From the IMG/VR virus record IMGVR_UViG_3300023202_000273, positions 1-55,443 of that record: DNA of 55,443 nucleotides, one strand, 5' to 3'. Under the pieces are notes generated by a model, which was given only the letters and a program-made list of their open reading frames with translations, was not told the origin of the DNA and made no database searches. This DNA is from a virus. Lineage: Duplodnaviria; Caudoviricetes. How positions within the stretch are numbered: position 1 is the first letter of the stretch; every line of letters begins with the position of its first letter. The translations under genes and the position numbers were made by a program. Of the stretch, positions 42,870-52,917 are shown in pieces.

Positions 42870-44981
42870 TTACGTTACGTAAACGCCGCCCTGATTCTGT
42901 ATAATGTCTTCCCCTGGGCTAAATGCATCGCCGCCCGTGTCCTGCCAGATGTCTTCTATCGGGCTAAATGCATCTCCGCCCGTGTCCTGGATGATTGCTG
43001 CTATCACGGACTCGCGGTTATAAAACCACAGGATGTAGCCGGCGCCTTCCTCATACACCCCGATGACCTCGTACGATGAGTCAATGAGTCTCAGGAATTT
43101 TGCCACAGACTCAAGCCCGGTGCGCTGGTCTGTTTCGAACGACGCGCTTGACCATTTGTACCCATCAAATGCTCGCACACGAGGTTCTGTGGTAACGGCG
43201 TAAATCAACGATTCACCCTTGTGTGCAATCGATTTCCAGTGGTACACACCGATGTTTATATCCGACTGTGGTGGAGGGTTGAGCTTGAACACGCTCTCAC
43301 CGGCAAGTCCGCTGCCGACATCCAGGTAAACATTGAGCGGTATCGGTATCATCGATCGGGGGCACGCGATTGCAATGATAGACGGGAACTCGATAATGTC
43401 CCTGATTTTATCCGATATCTCAATCTCCTGGATAACAGGCAAATAGTGCCCCAGGTTGTACTGCTTATCGCCATACTGCGAATAGTAATACTGCGTATCG
43501 TCGCGCTCTGCAACTATAAGAAACCCAGAGCTGATCCCGCCGGTGTTCGAATCTGGTAAAGGCTCGAAAAACCGGCGTGGGAAATACAGCGGGCTGGCTG
43601 CGGCAATACGCTGTTGCATCCCTTGGTCTGACAGATATGTAAATGCAGCCAGATCAACCCCAACTGCATCGTCCGGGAATATGTCATTAAATTTGCGGCT
43701 AAAATTACCGGTTGTCGGCCGCAGTGTTCCGGCCCCGGACCATGTGTCGGATTCACCGACGGTAACCGTGTCTGCATCGGTGTAGCCCGTTATCAGCAAA
43801 AATTTACCATCGTCGCGGATGTAGTAATCCCCAACGTCTGACGCTTGGAACGTCTGGCCGGCAGTCCTCGTTACCGTCGTACCGCTCTGGGATGCCTGCT
43901 GCAACCTACCACCCCCAAGTGACAGGTACAGCGTCGAACTCCCACTTAGGCCGGCAGAAACAATCGCATTCGCCCCATTCAGGTCTTGGATAATCGCAAC
44001 ATTGCCGCCAGTGTCAGTGACAGTGTTCCCAACGTCTGAGTACTCGAAAGCGTTAACCCCGGATGCTGGCGTCAGCTCGGTGCCCGGTCCATCAGATGTG
44101 ACCTTGAACGCCTTCGCCACCGGGATGTCATCAACCCACGCAAACAGACCTTCCAAGTTTCCTACGCCGTTCTGTGCATCGATCCCGCCTGAATTGCGTC
44201 CGATGTTTTTGGTGCGATATACCGAGAAATGAGACACACCTCCAACGCCATCGGGTACCGTGTATCCGGATGAGATAAACTCAATGAAGACGCCACCCTC
44301 GTAAACTCCCACCGGGTCACTGAAAAAGACCTCGCCATAATCCTTGGTCGATCCGTCTGCCTGTGACGTGCCGGTTTCATACACCAGCTCCGCGTCTGTG
44401 CGGTCCCGGTTGCCGGAGCCTCCCAAAAACGACAGCGCGTAAATGTAATGGTACCCGTACACCAGCCCGGCGTCGATGTCCTCAGATACATCGGTCACAA
44501 TATCACTGGGGATAGGCATGTTTATCTGACGCATATAGATCGTATCAGCGTCCAGATGGACCCGGAATATCCCAGATGAAGTCAAGATTATCGCGTCGTC
44601 ACCAAAGGCCAGAATCTTGCTCTCGCCGGTAGGCGTCGAGTCAGAGGTATTGATTACCTCCACGAATGCATCAATGGCCTTGTTGGTCCAGTACACCGCA
44701 GATCCAATATGCCATACCAGCTTATCCTGCCCGCGATGATCAAGTGGAGTACCCTGAACATCTCCCGCCGGCATCGAGGTGGATGTGTATAGCCGTGTGC
44801 CTGATCGCACCCCGGCCCATTGCCGGTGGTCGTTGATGTTTATGTTTCGCTGAGAATACTCAGGGGGAAGCTCAGACGCAGGTGGCCCATCGATCATGCC
44901 AAAGAATTCGGTATGACGTGCCTTTATTTCACGCTCGCCCTGTGGCAGCGTTGCCGGCGTTCTGAGTCTGCCCCTTCCCAT
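42870..44981 (-). CDS. Tail nozzle/stabilisation-like protein (N-terminal part)
   Basis: EFFGM..GPPASELP...NIN...VRSG start, beta-propeller-like pattern, follows the adaptor gene. Confidence 0.55.
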   Translation of the reverse strand: MGRGRLRTPATLPQGEREIKARHTEFFGMIDGPPASELPPEYSQRNININDHRQWAGVRSGTRLYTSTSMPAGDVQGTPLDHRGQDKLVWHIGSAVYWTNKAIDAFVEVINTSDSTPTGESKILAFGDDAIILTSSGIFRVHLDADTIYMRQINMPIPSDIVTDVSEDIDAGLVYGYHYIYALSFLGGSGNRDRTDAELVYETGTSQADGSTKDYGEVFFSDPVGVYEGGVFIEFISSGYTVPDGVGGVSHFSVYRTKNIGRNSGGIDAQNGVGNLEGLFAWVDDIPVAKAFKVTSDGPGTELTPASGVNAFEYSDVGNTVTDTGGNVAIIQDLNGANAIVSAGLSGSSTLYLSLGGGRLQQASQSGTTVTRTAGQTFQASDVGDYYIRDDGKFLLITGYTDADTVTVGESDTWSGAGTLRPTTGNFSRKFNDIFPDDAVGVDLAAFTYLSDQGMQQRIAAASPLYFPRRFFEPLPDSNTGGISSGFLIVAERDDTQYYYSQYGDKQYNLGHYLPVIQEIEISDKIRDIIEFPSIIAIACPRSMIPIPLNVYLDVGSGLAGESVFKLNPPPQSDINIGVYHWKSIAHKGESLIYAVTTEPRVRAFDGYKWSSASFETDQRTGLESVAKFLRLIDSSYEVIGVYEEGAGYILWFYNRESVIAAIIQDTGGDAFSPIEDIWQDTGGDAFSPGEDIIQNQGGVYVT

Positions 44982-45164
44982 TATGCTGGCTTCGTATTGC
45001 CTGTGGGTGCATCAAAACCCTTTTTCTTTCCCGCCCGGTCAGGGTTGGGCTGCCCGGGCACCATCGTATTTACCACGGTCCGTCCGACACGAGATCCATT
45101 GCCATATCCCGCCGCCATACCAGTGCGGTCCGGTCGATCATATTCCTTTTTCATACCAGCTCCT

Positions 45165-45851
45165 TTATCCTAATCTCGAAAAATAACCAGCGTTGTCCCA
45201 TGACTGATGCTCCTCGCGCCACGGAGTGCGACTCAGGCGCGCCTGGGCACCTCGGTTCATTTCTGATCGTATCTTTCGAAAACCGCGCTCCAGATCAACG
45301 TGCTTGCGCTCTGTGACCCCGTACTCCTCCGATGCAAACATCTGAACCACAATATCCCGCACCAAATAATGCAGGTGCTCCGGGATCTGCAGCTCATCTT
45401 CCAAGGTTTCAATTTCATTCGGCTCGATCGTATACAGATGCAAATATTTGTCGGTTGACGTCCCAGGGTCCTGTTCGAATATCACCGTCGGGTCAGTGCC
45501 TGCGGTGCGATCAACCGTGCGAACCGGCACCTCATGGTACCCGCGGTTCGAGAAATAATACTCCCGGCGCGGACCAATCGGCCTTTGCCGGGATAGATTG
45601 CGATACTGCTGGTCACGCGTGTAGACGAACAGGGTCCTCCGGCAATTCGATGGCGCAGTATACGAATATACCCCCGCTGTGGTTGCCAAATACGGAGGCA
45701 GCCCGGTAGACGGGTCGATGTATATAAACTGCTCAGAATCGCTGCTGTAAACGATCCGATGCACCTCGTTATAGCGAGCAAGGATTTGCTCTCTCGAATA
45801 ATTCGGGAGCAAATCCTTCAGAAAGCCTATGTTCTGCCGCGTCGTTGGCAT
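45165..45851 (-). CDS. Head-tail adaptor-like protein
   Basis: GVYSYTAPSNC...DELQIPEHLH pattern; position after the capsid gene. Confidence 0.6.
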   Translation of the reverse strand: MPTTRQNIGFLKDLLPNYSREQILARYNEVHRIVYSSDSEQFIYIDPSTGLPPYLATTAGVYSYTAPSNCRRTLFVYTRDQQYRNLSRQRPIGPRREYYFSNRGYHEVPVRTVDRTAGTDPTVIFEQDPGTSTDKYLHLYTIEPNEIETLEDELQIPEHLHYLVRDIVVQMFASEEYGVTERKHVDLERGFRKIRSEMNRGAQARLSRTPWREEHQSWDNAGYFSRLG

Positions 45852-46654
45852 CAGTCTACCACCAGTTCCTCTTTTTCGCGGATGATACGAACGAGCTCTT
45901 CCCGTTTAGCTGTCCGCGGAAAAGAAATGTTTTTTGCCGAGCAGTACTTGACCAAGTCGTTCCGGCTCATGTCGGCGAAGCTCACCACGTCGCCCGTGGG
46001 CTGGACTGGATCTGATGCATTGACAGCAGGATCGCCAGAGATGCCGGCAAGCAGGCGTTTTTCGCGCTCTGCTATTTCCTGCTCACGCCGTGCCAACTCC
46101 ATCTCGCGCTTGTTGAACGCGATCTCGTCCGACTTGTAATCACGGGTCGGCAACGGCGCGGGGCGCGATGGGCTTACCTCGTGGCGACGTCCGTGCATCC
46201 GACGCAATCGCGCCTCATGGTACTCTCGATCAGCGGTGCTGAGGTTAGCCCACATTTCGTCGGACAACTTTTTGATCTCCGCGTCGTGGATACGGTCTTG
46301 GATGATCCACAGCCCGTCGCGGTATGAGCTGGCCATCTTTGTCATGTTTCGCTCTGTCTTCGCCACGAGCGCGATGTATGGGCCATTGCGCATAGAACGC
46401 CGGAAAACGGCGCTCCCGCTTTTGCGATACGATACCTTTGGTCCATTGCGCGTCATACTGATAATGGCGTCCTCATATCCTGCTATTTTTTGCCCCTCTG
46501 TACACGGATGCAGCGAGCTACTACGCCACTGCAACCTGACAACCTCAAACGGTTTGCCGTATTCATCGATCGATCCGATGGCCTGCTCGATAATGTCCTC
46601 TGCCGTTGGGCCGCCTCGGCGTGCCGGTCTGGCGTCTCTGCAAATAATCACCAT
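45851..46654 (-). CDS. Hypothetical protein with C-terminal HeH/Rho-N-like module
   Basis: MSRNDLVKYC..KNI...AKREELV. Confidence 0.55.
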   Translation of the reverse strand: MVIICRDARPARRGGPTAEDIIEQAIGSIDEYGKPFEVVRLQWRSSSLHPCTEGQKIAGYEDAIISMTRNGPKVSYRKSGSAVFRRSMRNGPYIALVAKTERNMTKMASSYRDGLWIIQDRIHDAEIKKLSDEMWANLSTADREYHEARLRRMHGRRHEVSPSRPAPLPTRDYKSDEIAFNKREMELARREQEIAEREKRLLAGISGDPAVNASDPVQPTGDVVSFADMSRNDLVKYCSAKNISFPRTAKREELVRIIREKEELVVD

Positions 46655-46678
46655 GTCCTCCTGGACTTATTAGAATTG

Positions 46679-46705
46679 AAAAAGGAGGGAGTCGCCTCCC
46701 CCCTC
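46679..46705 (-). terminator. Rho-independent terminator after the major capsid gene
   Basis: GAGGGGGGAG-GCGA-CTCCCTCC followed by TTTTT. Confidence 0.7.
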
Positions 46706-46710
46706 ATTTG

Positions 46711-48054
46711 TTACGACGTCGGCAACGACTGGTAGTTGGTTAACTCAGGCGGGTTGCCAAACGGCAGAATGATAGATCCATCCTGCTGTACGCCCGTGTC
46801 ATCGGATGGCCCGGCAACATTGGTCACATCGTTGTCGAACGTGACCTGTTTGATGCCGACGGAGCAGAAAATGCCCGATCCGAAGAACTTGTCATACTGC
46901 TCGTAATCCCATTCCCAATGGAAGCCCTCGGGCATCCACTCGCAACAGGCAGCCTGTCCGAGCAGGAATCCAACCTGGATGCCAGCGGCCGATTTATCAC
47001 GCGGATCACTGGACCCATCGTCGGCACGTCCCATGGCACGATACTGCGCAACCATGGTGTAGTCTACCGCCGAGTCGCTCTTGAACGATCCGGAGTTAAC
47101 TACCCCACCGCCGATAGTCAGGGTCGGGTACCGCTGGTCTTCACAGATCCGCAGTCCACCAACCTGGCCGATAAGACCCGGGAACATCATCTTGGTTTCC
47201 TTGTCAAACCCGCTTGCATCACGCCATACGGTTCCAAGGTTGCCGTTCTGAACAACGCTCTTGAGCCACCGGCACTGCGGCGTCGGTAGGACAACAACAT
47301 ACCCATCGGTTCCATCTTCGAAATCGATCGGGGTAATGAATTGCTCGGTGCGTGCCCACTCTTCCAGCCGCTGGAGATAGGTGACGTTACATGCACCATT
47401 AATGTCGGCGCCGGCAAGGTCGGCCTCATCGATTCGCTGCACGATCGTGTCAATCCAGTCAAACCGGTCGCGGCGATAGGTGCCGTTCGCAGTCCCAACC
47501 TGGTTGGCGTTGGTCGTGTTCGGAATGTACCAGTTAACCCCAAAACGCGGAGTCAGGAAGTGAGGCGCATCTTCCAGGTTTTCACTGTGAGATTCCAGCA
47601 ACGCCTGACGACGCATTTTGCCGAAATATTGCTTGTAATACTTGGTGAGTGCCTCCACCCTGTATTCGAAAATCTGGTAGGGCGCTTTGTCCCGTGCATA
47701 CACACCGTAAGCCTGGTTGGTCGTTGCATGCGAGATGTCGGTATATTCCATCCGAAACGACTTGGTGCCGATTTCTTCTTCGGAACCACGCTGGTCAGCG
47801 TCGGAGCCGATGGTCGGCGCACCGGACAATTCCTTCAGCATGCCTACCTTGACGGTGCGGCCTTCATCGGCTTCTGCCGACAGCTTCAGGTAAATTGCGT
47901 TCGGCAACGCAGGCGGCTCTTCGGATGTCGAATTGATATACTCGGATGAGAGCATATCAAAGATATCGTTCGGCAAATATTCCCGCTGCATCCGGGTTTC
48001 GTAAATCTCAATCTGCAGGCTTTCCTGTAGTTGAGTCGGGCGTGTGATAGACAT
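46711..48054 (-). CDS. Major capsid protein (HK97 fold; N4-gp56/DUF4043-like)
   Basis: 447 aa after the scaffold gene, GGAGGA RBS, G..GGLRI and FLLGQAA segments, downstream terminator. Confidence 0.75.
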   Translation of the reverse strand: MSITRPTQLQESLQIEIYETRMQREYLPNDIFDMLSSEYINSTSEEPPALPNAIYLKLSAEADEGRTVKVGMLKELSGAPTIGSDADQRGSEEEIGTKSFRMEYTDISHATTNQAYGVYARDKAPYQIFEYRVEALTKYYKQYFGKMRRQALLESHSENLEDAPHFLTPRFGVNWYIPNTTNANQVGTANGTYRRDRFDWIDTIVQRIDEADLAGADINGACNVTYLQRLEEWARTEQFITPIDFEDGTDGYVVVLPTPQCRWLKSVVQNGNLGTVWRDASGFDKETKMMFPGLIGQVGGLRICEDQRYPTLTIGGGVVNSGSFKSDSAVDYTMVAQYRAMGRADDGSSDPRDKSAAGIQVGFLLGQAACCEWMPEGFHWEWDYEQYDKFFGSGIFCSVGIKQVTFDNDVTNVAGPSDDTGVQQDGSIILPFGNPPELTNYQSLPTS

Positions 48055-48070
48055 GGTTATTCCTCCTGCC

Positions 48071-49417
48071 CTACAGTTTCATCTTGACGCCGAGCTTGTC
48101 GGCAAGCCTGCGCATCTCATCTGCCTGGTTGGACTGCTCCCAGGTAGTCAAGGGCTCACGGTTGCCGCGTGCGTGCTTGTCAACCAGTGGTCGGTAGACC
48201 TTGGTGAACAAATACTCGAACCGCTCTGCGTCATTCTGAGGATCGTTGCCCTCCGGAATATTTCTGGGGTTTTCCATATGCCCAGATGCCGGTGGGGCAT
48301 CAACCACATTGCTGTCGGGCTGATGTAAAAGATTGTTTGCGACCTGATCCCGCTGACCCTGTGTCGGCCGGAACAAGCCAAGTTCGTTTTCAAGACCAGC
48401 ATCCACCGCGGCGGCACGAAGTCCAAGCCTGCGTTTCGGGATGCCAGATGTATCGTATGCCCTCTGTACGACCTTGACGATGTTTTTGTACACCTGCTTG
48501 TCACGATCCGGCAGGTTTTCAAAGCTGGCTCGCGCCGCTTCGTCGCCTGAATTAGACTGCGTCAAATAGGTATCAATCGTCTCGATCGGTACGGAAGTCG
48601 TGAGGCCATGGCTGCGCTGAAAATCAGAGACGTCCGCCCACAAGCCAGACCAGCCGTTCTCCAAAGCAGCCTGCTGGCTACTCTTTTGCGCTTGGTTGAC
48701 ATAATCATATGCAGGACGAACTTTCCCTTCGACATCGTCGATCTTTTTCTGCAGCTCGCTGATTTTCGAGTAGGCCATCTGGCTCATCTCGTAAACCTTT
48801 TGCTGGTATTCCCGAGTATCTTTTTCATACTTCGGGTCAATCGATCCGTCTTCATAGTCATTCGGGTCGGGGAGCTTAGGCAATACTGATGCTTTCTGCT
48901 CCTTACCGTTTTTCTCGGGGTCGGGCTTCGCAGTAAGGCTGTTGATCTTTTCCTCAAGTGCCTTGACCTTGTCGCCCAACTGCCCGCGCTCCGCATTCAG
49001 CGTATCTAACTGGCGCCGCGTCTTACCGTAGCTTTCAGATAGACGCTCGTTAATCTCCCGCTGCTCCTTCAAGGCCGCAGCCAGAGCTTCTGGGGACTCA
49101 TACCCGGCATTTGCCGGTTCATCGCTCGGCTCTGGGGCAGGCGGATTATCTGCGCTTGCTCCCTCCTCCGGGCGTTCTTCTGGCTCATTTTCGCCTTGTT
49201 CTGCCGGCGCGCCACTTAAATCAGCGGCGATCTTTTTGCGCTCATCGCTGCCCGGCTCCATGCCAACGAATCGCGCGAACTGGGCATACTCAGGCCCGTT
49301 AACCGGGACCGCGTCACGAAAACTTCTATCAGCTTTCATGCGTGCCCTGATTTCGTCCTGAGTCAGATTTACCAGTTCGTAGTAGTTCAACGACGTTGAT
49401 GTCATGTTGTTCTCCAT
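48071..49417 (-). CDS. Scaffolding protein
   Basis: Acidic P/E linker plus coiled coil; lies between portal and capsid. Confidence 0.65.
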   Translation of the reverse strand: MENNMTSTSLNYYELVNLTQDEIRARMKADRSFRDAVPVNGPEYAQFARFVGMEPGSDERKKIAADLSGAPAEQGENEPEERPEEGASADNPPAPEPSDEPANAGYESPEALAAALKEQREINERLSESYGKTRRQLDTLNAERGQLGDKVKALEEKINSLTAKPDPEKNGKEQKASVLPKLPDPNDYEDGSIDPKYEKDTREYQQKVYEMSQMAYSKISELQKKIDDVEGKVRPAYDYVNQAQKSSQQAALENGWSGLWADVSDFQRSHGLTTSVPIETIDTYLTQSNSGDEAARASFENLPDRDKQVYKNIVKVVQRAYDTSGIPKRRLGLRAAAVDAGLENELGLFRPTQGQRDQVANNLLHQPDSNVVDAPPASGHMENPRNIPEGNDPQNDAERFEYLFTKVYRPLVDKHARGNREPLTTWEQSNQADEMRRLADKLGVKMKL

Positions 49418-49432
49418 AAATTTGGGTAAAGG

Positions 49433-49675
49433 TTACATCTTCGCTTTACTGGTATAAACCGACTTGCCCACTTTTTTCCCGCCGGTGTTCGTGGCGGTGT
49501 GGACATGCGGCATACCTTCCAGGTTACTTTCAACATTCCCGGCGATGTTCATGCCGGAATCGCGCTGACGGATTACTCGCCCGGATGTCTGGGCGCTGGA
49601 TGTCGGGTGACTACGGCCGCCTTTCGGCATGGTCGTGTCAATCGGCTTCCCGTGGCGTGCATCGTTGTAAGCCAT
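49433..49675 (-). CDS. Small basic hypothetical protein
   Basis: AAGGAG RBS; follows the portal gene. Confidence 0.55.
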   Translation of the reverse strand: MAYNDARHGKPIDTTMPKGGRSHPTSSAQTSGRVIRQRDSGMNIAGNVESNLEGMPHVHTATNTGGKKVGKSVYTSKAKM

Positions 49676-49684
49676 GCGTGCTCC

Positions 49685-51790
49685 TTACTGATTGGTTAAA
49701 AATTCAGGCTGCTGAGTAGTGCCCTCAACGGCCTCTTCTTCTGATAATTCTCCCATGCTGACCTGCTGCGGTGGCCCCTGCGGTGGTCCACCCTGCGGTG
49801 GTCCACCCTGCGTCCCCTGCGGTGGTCCACCCTGCGGTCCACCCTGCGGCCCCTGCTGTGCCCCCTGCTGCATCTGCCCCTCAAGCTGCTTGAGCTGCTG
49901 GCTCAATTTCATATTCATCATCGCCTGATTCATGGCCTCATTGTTGGTCAACAGATCGATCGCCTTCTCAACGGACTCCTTCGACTCCTCAGTGATGGGC
50001 ATGGTCTCTATCAGCCCCTTTAGGACGATGAGCTTGACCAGCCTGTCCTGCGGGTCTTGCGAAAATAACGGCAGCACTTCTTGGTATTTTGACGACAACT
50101 CTGTCCGGATGTCGGTGCCCTTCGGAGACTCGAGCATATTGACCTTCATCTCCGGCAGCTTCGAAATATCATTCAGGATGTACGCGTTTCCGGATGCATC
50201 AGTCTTACGGTCATTGATAGTGAATATATCGCCGTTAACTTTCGAAAACATCCGTGGCATGCCAGCGTACGTAATCTTCGCCTGCAAAGCGTAGGCCTCC
50301 GCCTTCCACTTTTTGTGCCACTTCCAGATCGTACGCTGGTGCTTTTGCCCCAACATTCCAACCTGTATCTTCGACTGGAATAGTCGCCCCGACTCAGTCG
50401 TCGACTCGGACCGGGAATCCATAGCCGCTGGCATTAGAGACAGCATGTCGAACTGGTCGAGGCGGAAATTGTTCTGGTGGAAAAAATCACCCGGAATGCT
50501 CGGCTGCGGTAGTGGTATCATACCACCATGCTGCCCCAGAGCCTCGGTAGCACCCTCATCTGCCCATATCCGGGCTCCCGGGTCATTCCACCGCTGCTCT
50601 ATCTCGCGTTCTTTGTTGACATCACCACCCGCCAGCGCCCTGTCCAGAATGAAACCGCCCTTGGCAATCCGCATCTGAACGTCTTCCTTGATCATCTCAA
50701 CATTGTTAAACTGCCGTTGGATGTCGTACAACTCGTCAACAGTTCCTTTGAATTGCCCGTTTAACGAATTCGCCAGCGGGTACAGGTTGACATTGTTTGT
50801 CTGGATGCGGTCCTTGCCCTTCGCCAACACCAGCTCGTTATCGATTGACGGACAGATCGCCTGCAGCATCTTGATCCGCTTGTTCTGCCGCACAGTCCTG
50901 ATGTCGTGGTTCGGATCCAGCCCCATCATGCGGATGTACTCCGTTTTTGCCTGCCGGTCTTTGTCGGATCCGTTCGGGAAACCGGTCTCCGGGAATACGC
51001 AGTTGTTGACCAAGTCGTATTCCCAGTCGCGTGCTTCGTCCTCCAGATAGTGGTACCATATGACGCGATGCATGTCACCCCATTTTTGATCGCTGTCATG
51101 GTAATGGTGGACCCCCCCATGGTATTCGCCGAGATTTACCCCCTCACGCTCCTCACGGTCACGGATATCCTTGAGGCGCTCGCTCACATTATCCCCGAAC
51201 ATCCGGGCGATCTCAGACGCCGTGTGCATGCTCCACTCGTAATAGTGCCGGATGTCGTTGGGATTATTTGATTTCCAGGATGTGTCGAGGTAAATATGCT
51301 GCGGGTCCACAGCCTCAAACGCTATGTTGCCGAATTCCTTGTTGTATTTGTCCGATATCCGCATCCGCTCATACCCGCCCCATGTGAAAAAATCGCGCAA
51401 GGCAACGGCCTCAGCCGCATCCCAGTCGAGATTTGAACGGTCAGAATAAAACATATCCTGCAGTGCCTCACTGAGACTGTCGAGCCGCCCGGACACAGGT
51501 GTGTACTTCATGTCGAAATCGTTGGACTGAAATGCCGATATCTGGCTCTCAACCTTTTTGCCGGTGTGGTTGAGTGTAGGCGGGCGCCGCCCCTCCTCCC
51601 GCAGCTTCTCAACCGTATACGCTGGCCACTGCCCGAAATTAACGCCCCATGCCATCCGACGGTTGCGTATCAGCCTGTGGTGATCCGGGCGCCAGTAGTC
51701 CTCATGCCTCGTGTACATCTTGTACACATGGCGCACGATCTCGAAATTATCACGATCGATTATTGGGGAGGGCTTACCGGTATAGATCAT
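49685..51790 (-). CDS. Portal protein (P22-like)
   Basis: GQW...RPPTLN, IYLD, VDELYDIQRQFN and ESGR motifs; QGGPP-repeat tail. Confidence 0.85.
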   Translation of the reverse strand: MIYTGKPSPIIDRDNFEIVRHVYKMYTRHEDYWRPDHHRLIRNRRMAWGVNFGQWPAYTVEKLREEGRRPPTLNHTGKKVESQISAFQSNDFDMKYTPVSGRLDSLSEALQDMFYSDRSNLDWDAAEAVALRDFFTWGGYERMRISDKYNKEFGNIAFEAVDPQHIYLDTSWKSNNPNDIRHYYEWSMHTASEIARMFGDNVSERLKDIRDREEREGVNLGEYHGGVHHYHDSDQKWGDMHRVIWYHYLEDEARDWEYDLVNNCVFPETGFPNGSDKDRQAKTEYIRMMGLDPNHDIRTVRQNKRIKMLQAICPSIDNELVLAKGKDRIQTNNVNLYPLANSLNGQFKGTVDELYDIQRQFNNVEMIKEDVQMRIAKGGFILDRALAGGDVNKEREIEQRWNDPGARIWADEGATEALGQHGGMIPLPQPSIPGDFFHQNNFRLDQFDMLSLMPAAMDSRSESTTESGRLFQSKIQVGMLGQKHQRTIWKWHKKWKAEAYALQAKITYAGMPRMFSKVNGDIFTINDRKTDASGNAYILNDISKLPEMKVNMLESPKGTDIRTELSSKYQEVLPLFSQDPQDRLVKLIVLKGLIETMPITEESKESVEKAIDLLTNNEAMNQAMMNMKLSQQLKQLEGQMQQGAQQGPQGGPQGGPPQGTQGGPPQGGPPQGPPQQVSMGELSEEEAVEGTTQQPEFLTNQ

Positions 51791-52131
51791 ATGCTCTGAG
51801 AAATCCCTTTGATCATATTGCTGGCCTGCGTCGACAACTGGTCCATGTCAGTAATGAGCTCCTCTGGTGCTTCGGTGTACCCCATGTACGGGTACCCGCG
51901 GTCAATATACCCGCAGACCACCATATTTCCATCGATCATTTTTTTCTTGATCTTGATGCTGATGCATGCCTCGCCCGCCTGCTGCTCCATGGCATGTGCC
52001 CGGCTTTCTGGTGACCGGCGTGGCTTTACTTTTACCCGGCGTGAACGGTCATATGGCATCGTGATGTTGCCCGGGCGGGGCTGTCGTCCAGTGCCGTAGT
52101 CGTGCACCTTGTCCATCTCTGTGTTGGGCAT
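51787..52131 (-). CDS. Hypothetical protein
   Basis: GAGGAG RBS; ATGA-coupled to the portal gene. Confidence 0.6.
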   Translation of the reverse strand: MPNTEMDKVHDYGTGRQPRPGNITMPYDRSRRVKVKPRRSPESRAHAMEQQAGEACISIKIKKKMIDGNMVVCGYIDRGYPYMGYTEAPEELITDMDQLSTQASNMIKGISQSI

Positions 52132-52141
52132 TATTGGCTCC

Positions 52142-52447
52142 TCAATGTGTGGTGTCCACGATTACGACATCCGCGTAATCGGGCTCTGGTGACGGCTCTG
52201 GGCGCTCTGACAATGCTTCCTGGACCAGGCCCTTGCCGTTGTGGTATAATTTGTTCCAACGCCCCAACATAGGCTTACATGCTGGGCATCGCAGAATCAT
52301 GCACTCCTCGGGGTCAACCGACAATAACTCAATCTGGCGGTCGGTAAACTCTCCCAAAATACGGCCACACACCCGCTCGTCTGAGCTGTGCTTGCCATTC
52401 CGGTCGCGTGGGAAAAACCCCCTATTTTGGCAGCGTATTGTTTTCAT
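52142..52447 (-). CDS. Zinc-ribbon (Com-like) regulator
   Basis: IRC...CGRILG...LRCPACK. Confidence 0.5.
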   Translation of the reverse strand: MKTIRCQNRGFFPRDRNGKHSSDERVCGRILGEFTDRQIELLSVDPEECMILRCPACKPMLGRWNKLYHNGKGLVQEALSERPEPSPEPDYADVVIVDTTH

Positions 52448-52450
52448 AAC

Positions 52451-52484
52451 AAAAAAAGGGAGCCGCCTGTTAAGCAGCTCCCTT
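52451..52484 (-). terminator. Rho-independent terminator/attenuator ahead of the structural operon
   Basis: AAGGGAGCTGC-TTAACAG-GCGGCTCCC followed by T7. Confidence 0.7.
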
Positions 52485-52509
52485 AGTTGGGGTGGCTATA
52501 TTGTGATGC

Positions 52510-52674
52510 CTATGTGACTGTGACTTTCTCGATCTTTCTGATTCTCCCGTCAACATCAAAATGCAGCGTGATGCTACCGGGCTGGCCCTTGGTATTGTGG
52601 CGGGCCTCTATATCATCAACAGCATGCTTGTACTTGTCAATGACATTTACTTTAGTATAGTTAAAATCAGGCAT
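52510..52674 (-). CDS. Small DUF2292/YezD-like protein (54 aa, not in the ORF track)
   Basis: MPDFNY...GSITLHFDVDGRIRKIEKVTVT. Confidence 0.45.
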   Translation of the reverse strand: MPDFNYTKVNVIDKYKHAVDDIEARHNTKGQPGSITLHFDVDGRIRKIEKVTVT

Positions 52675-52682
52675 ATTGTCAA
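52654..52682 (-). promoter_or_regulatory. Sigma70-type promoter upstream of the structural operon
   Basis: TTGACA-17 nt-TATACT. Confidence 0.7.
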
Positions 52683-52689
52683 CCCTTTA

Positions 52690-52917
52690 TTATAGATCCT
52701 TTTTTTGTCCCTGTTGGTTAAGGCGATATGGCGGATGTTTAATGCGGTTTTTGCGGTAATACTGCTCAATACGGCCTATTTTGCTATTGGGGTCGGTCTG
52801 TTTCGCTGGCTCAATCGGAGCCCGTTTCGGACCATTTGGGAATATCCGGTCCATGTTGTCGGCATATCGCTGGTTGGCATACTGGTATGGACCATTGCCT
52901 CCAGTGTGTAGGCTCAT
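52690..52917 (-). CDS. Hypothetical protein
   Basis: ATGA-coupled to licD; GGAGG RBS. Confidence 0.55.
   Translation of the reverse strand: MSLHTGGNGPYQYANQRYADNMDRIFPNGPKRAPIEPAKQTDPNSKIGRIEQYYRKNRIKHPPYRLNQQGQKKDL

Noticed and set aside
49760-49870. Short GC-rich tandem repeats as a DNA element
   Set aside because: They encode the low-complexity QGGPP tail of the portal protein.
52450-52510. c-di-GMP riboswitch linked to the GGDEF domain
   Set aside because: I see no GEMM-type motifs (GGCAAACC, GAAA tetraloop/receptor), only a terminator hairpin.
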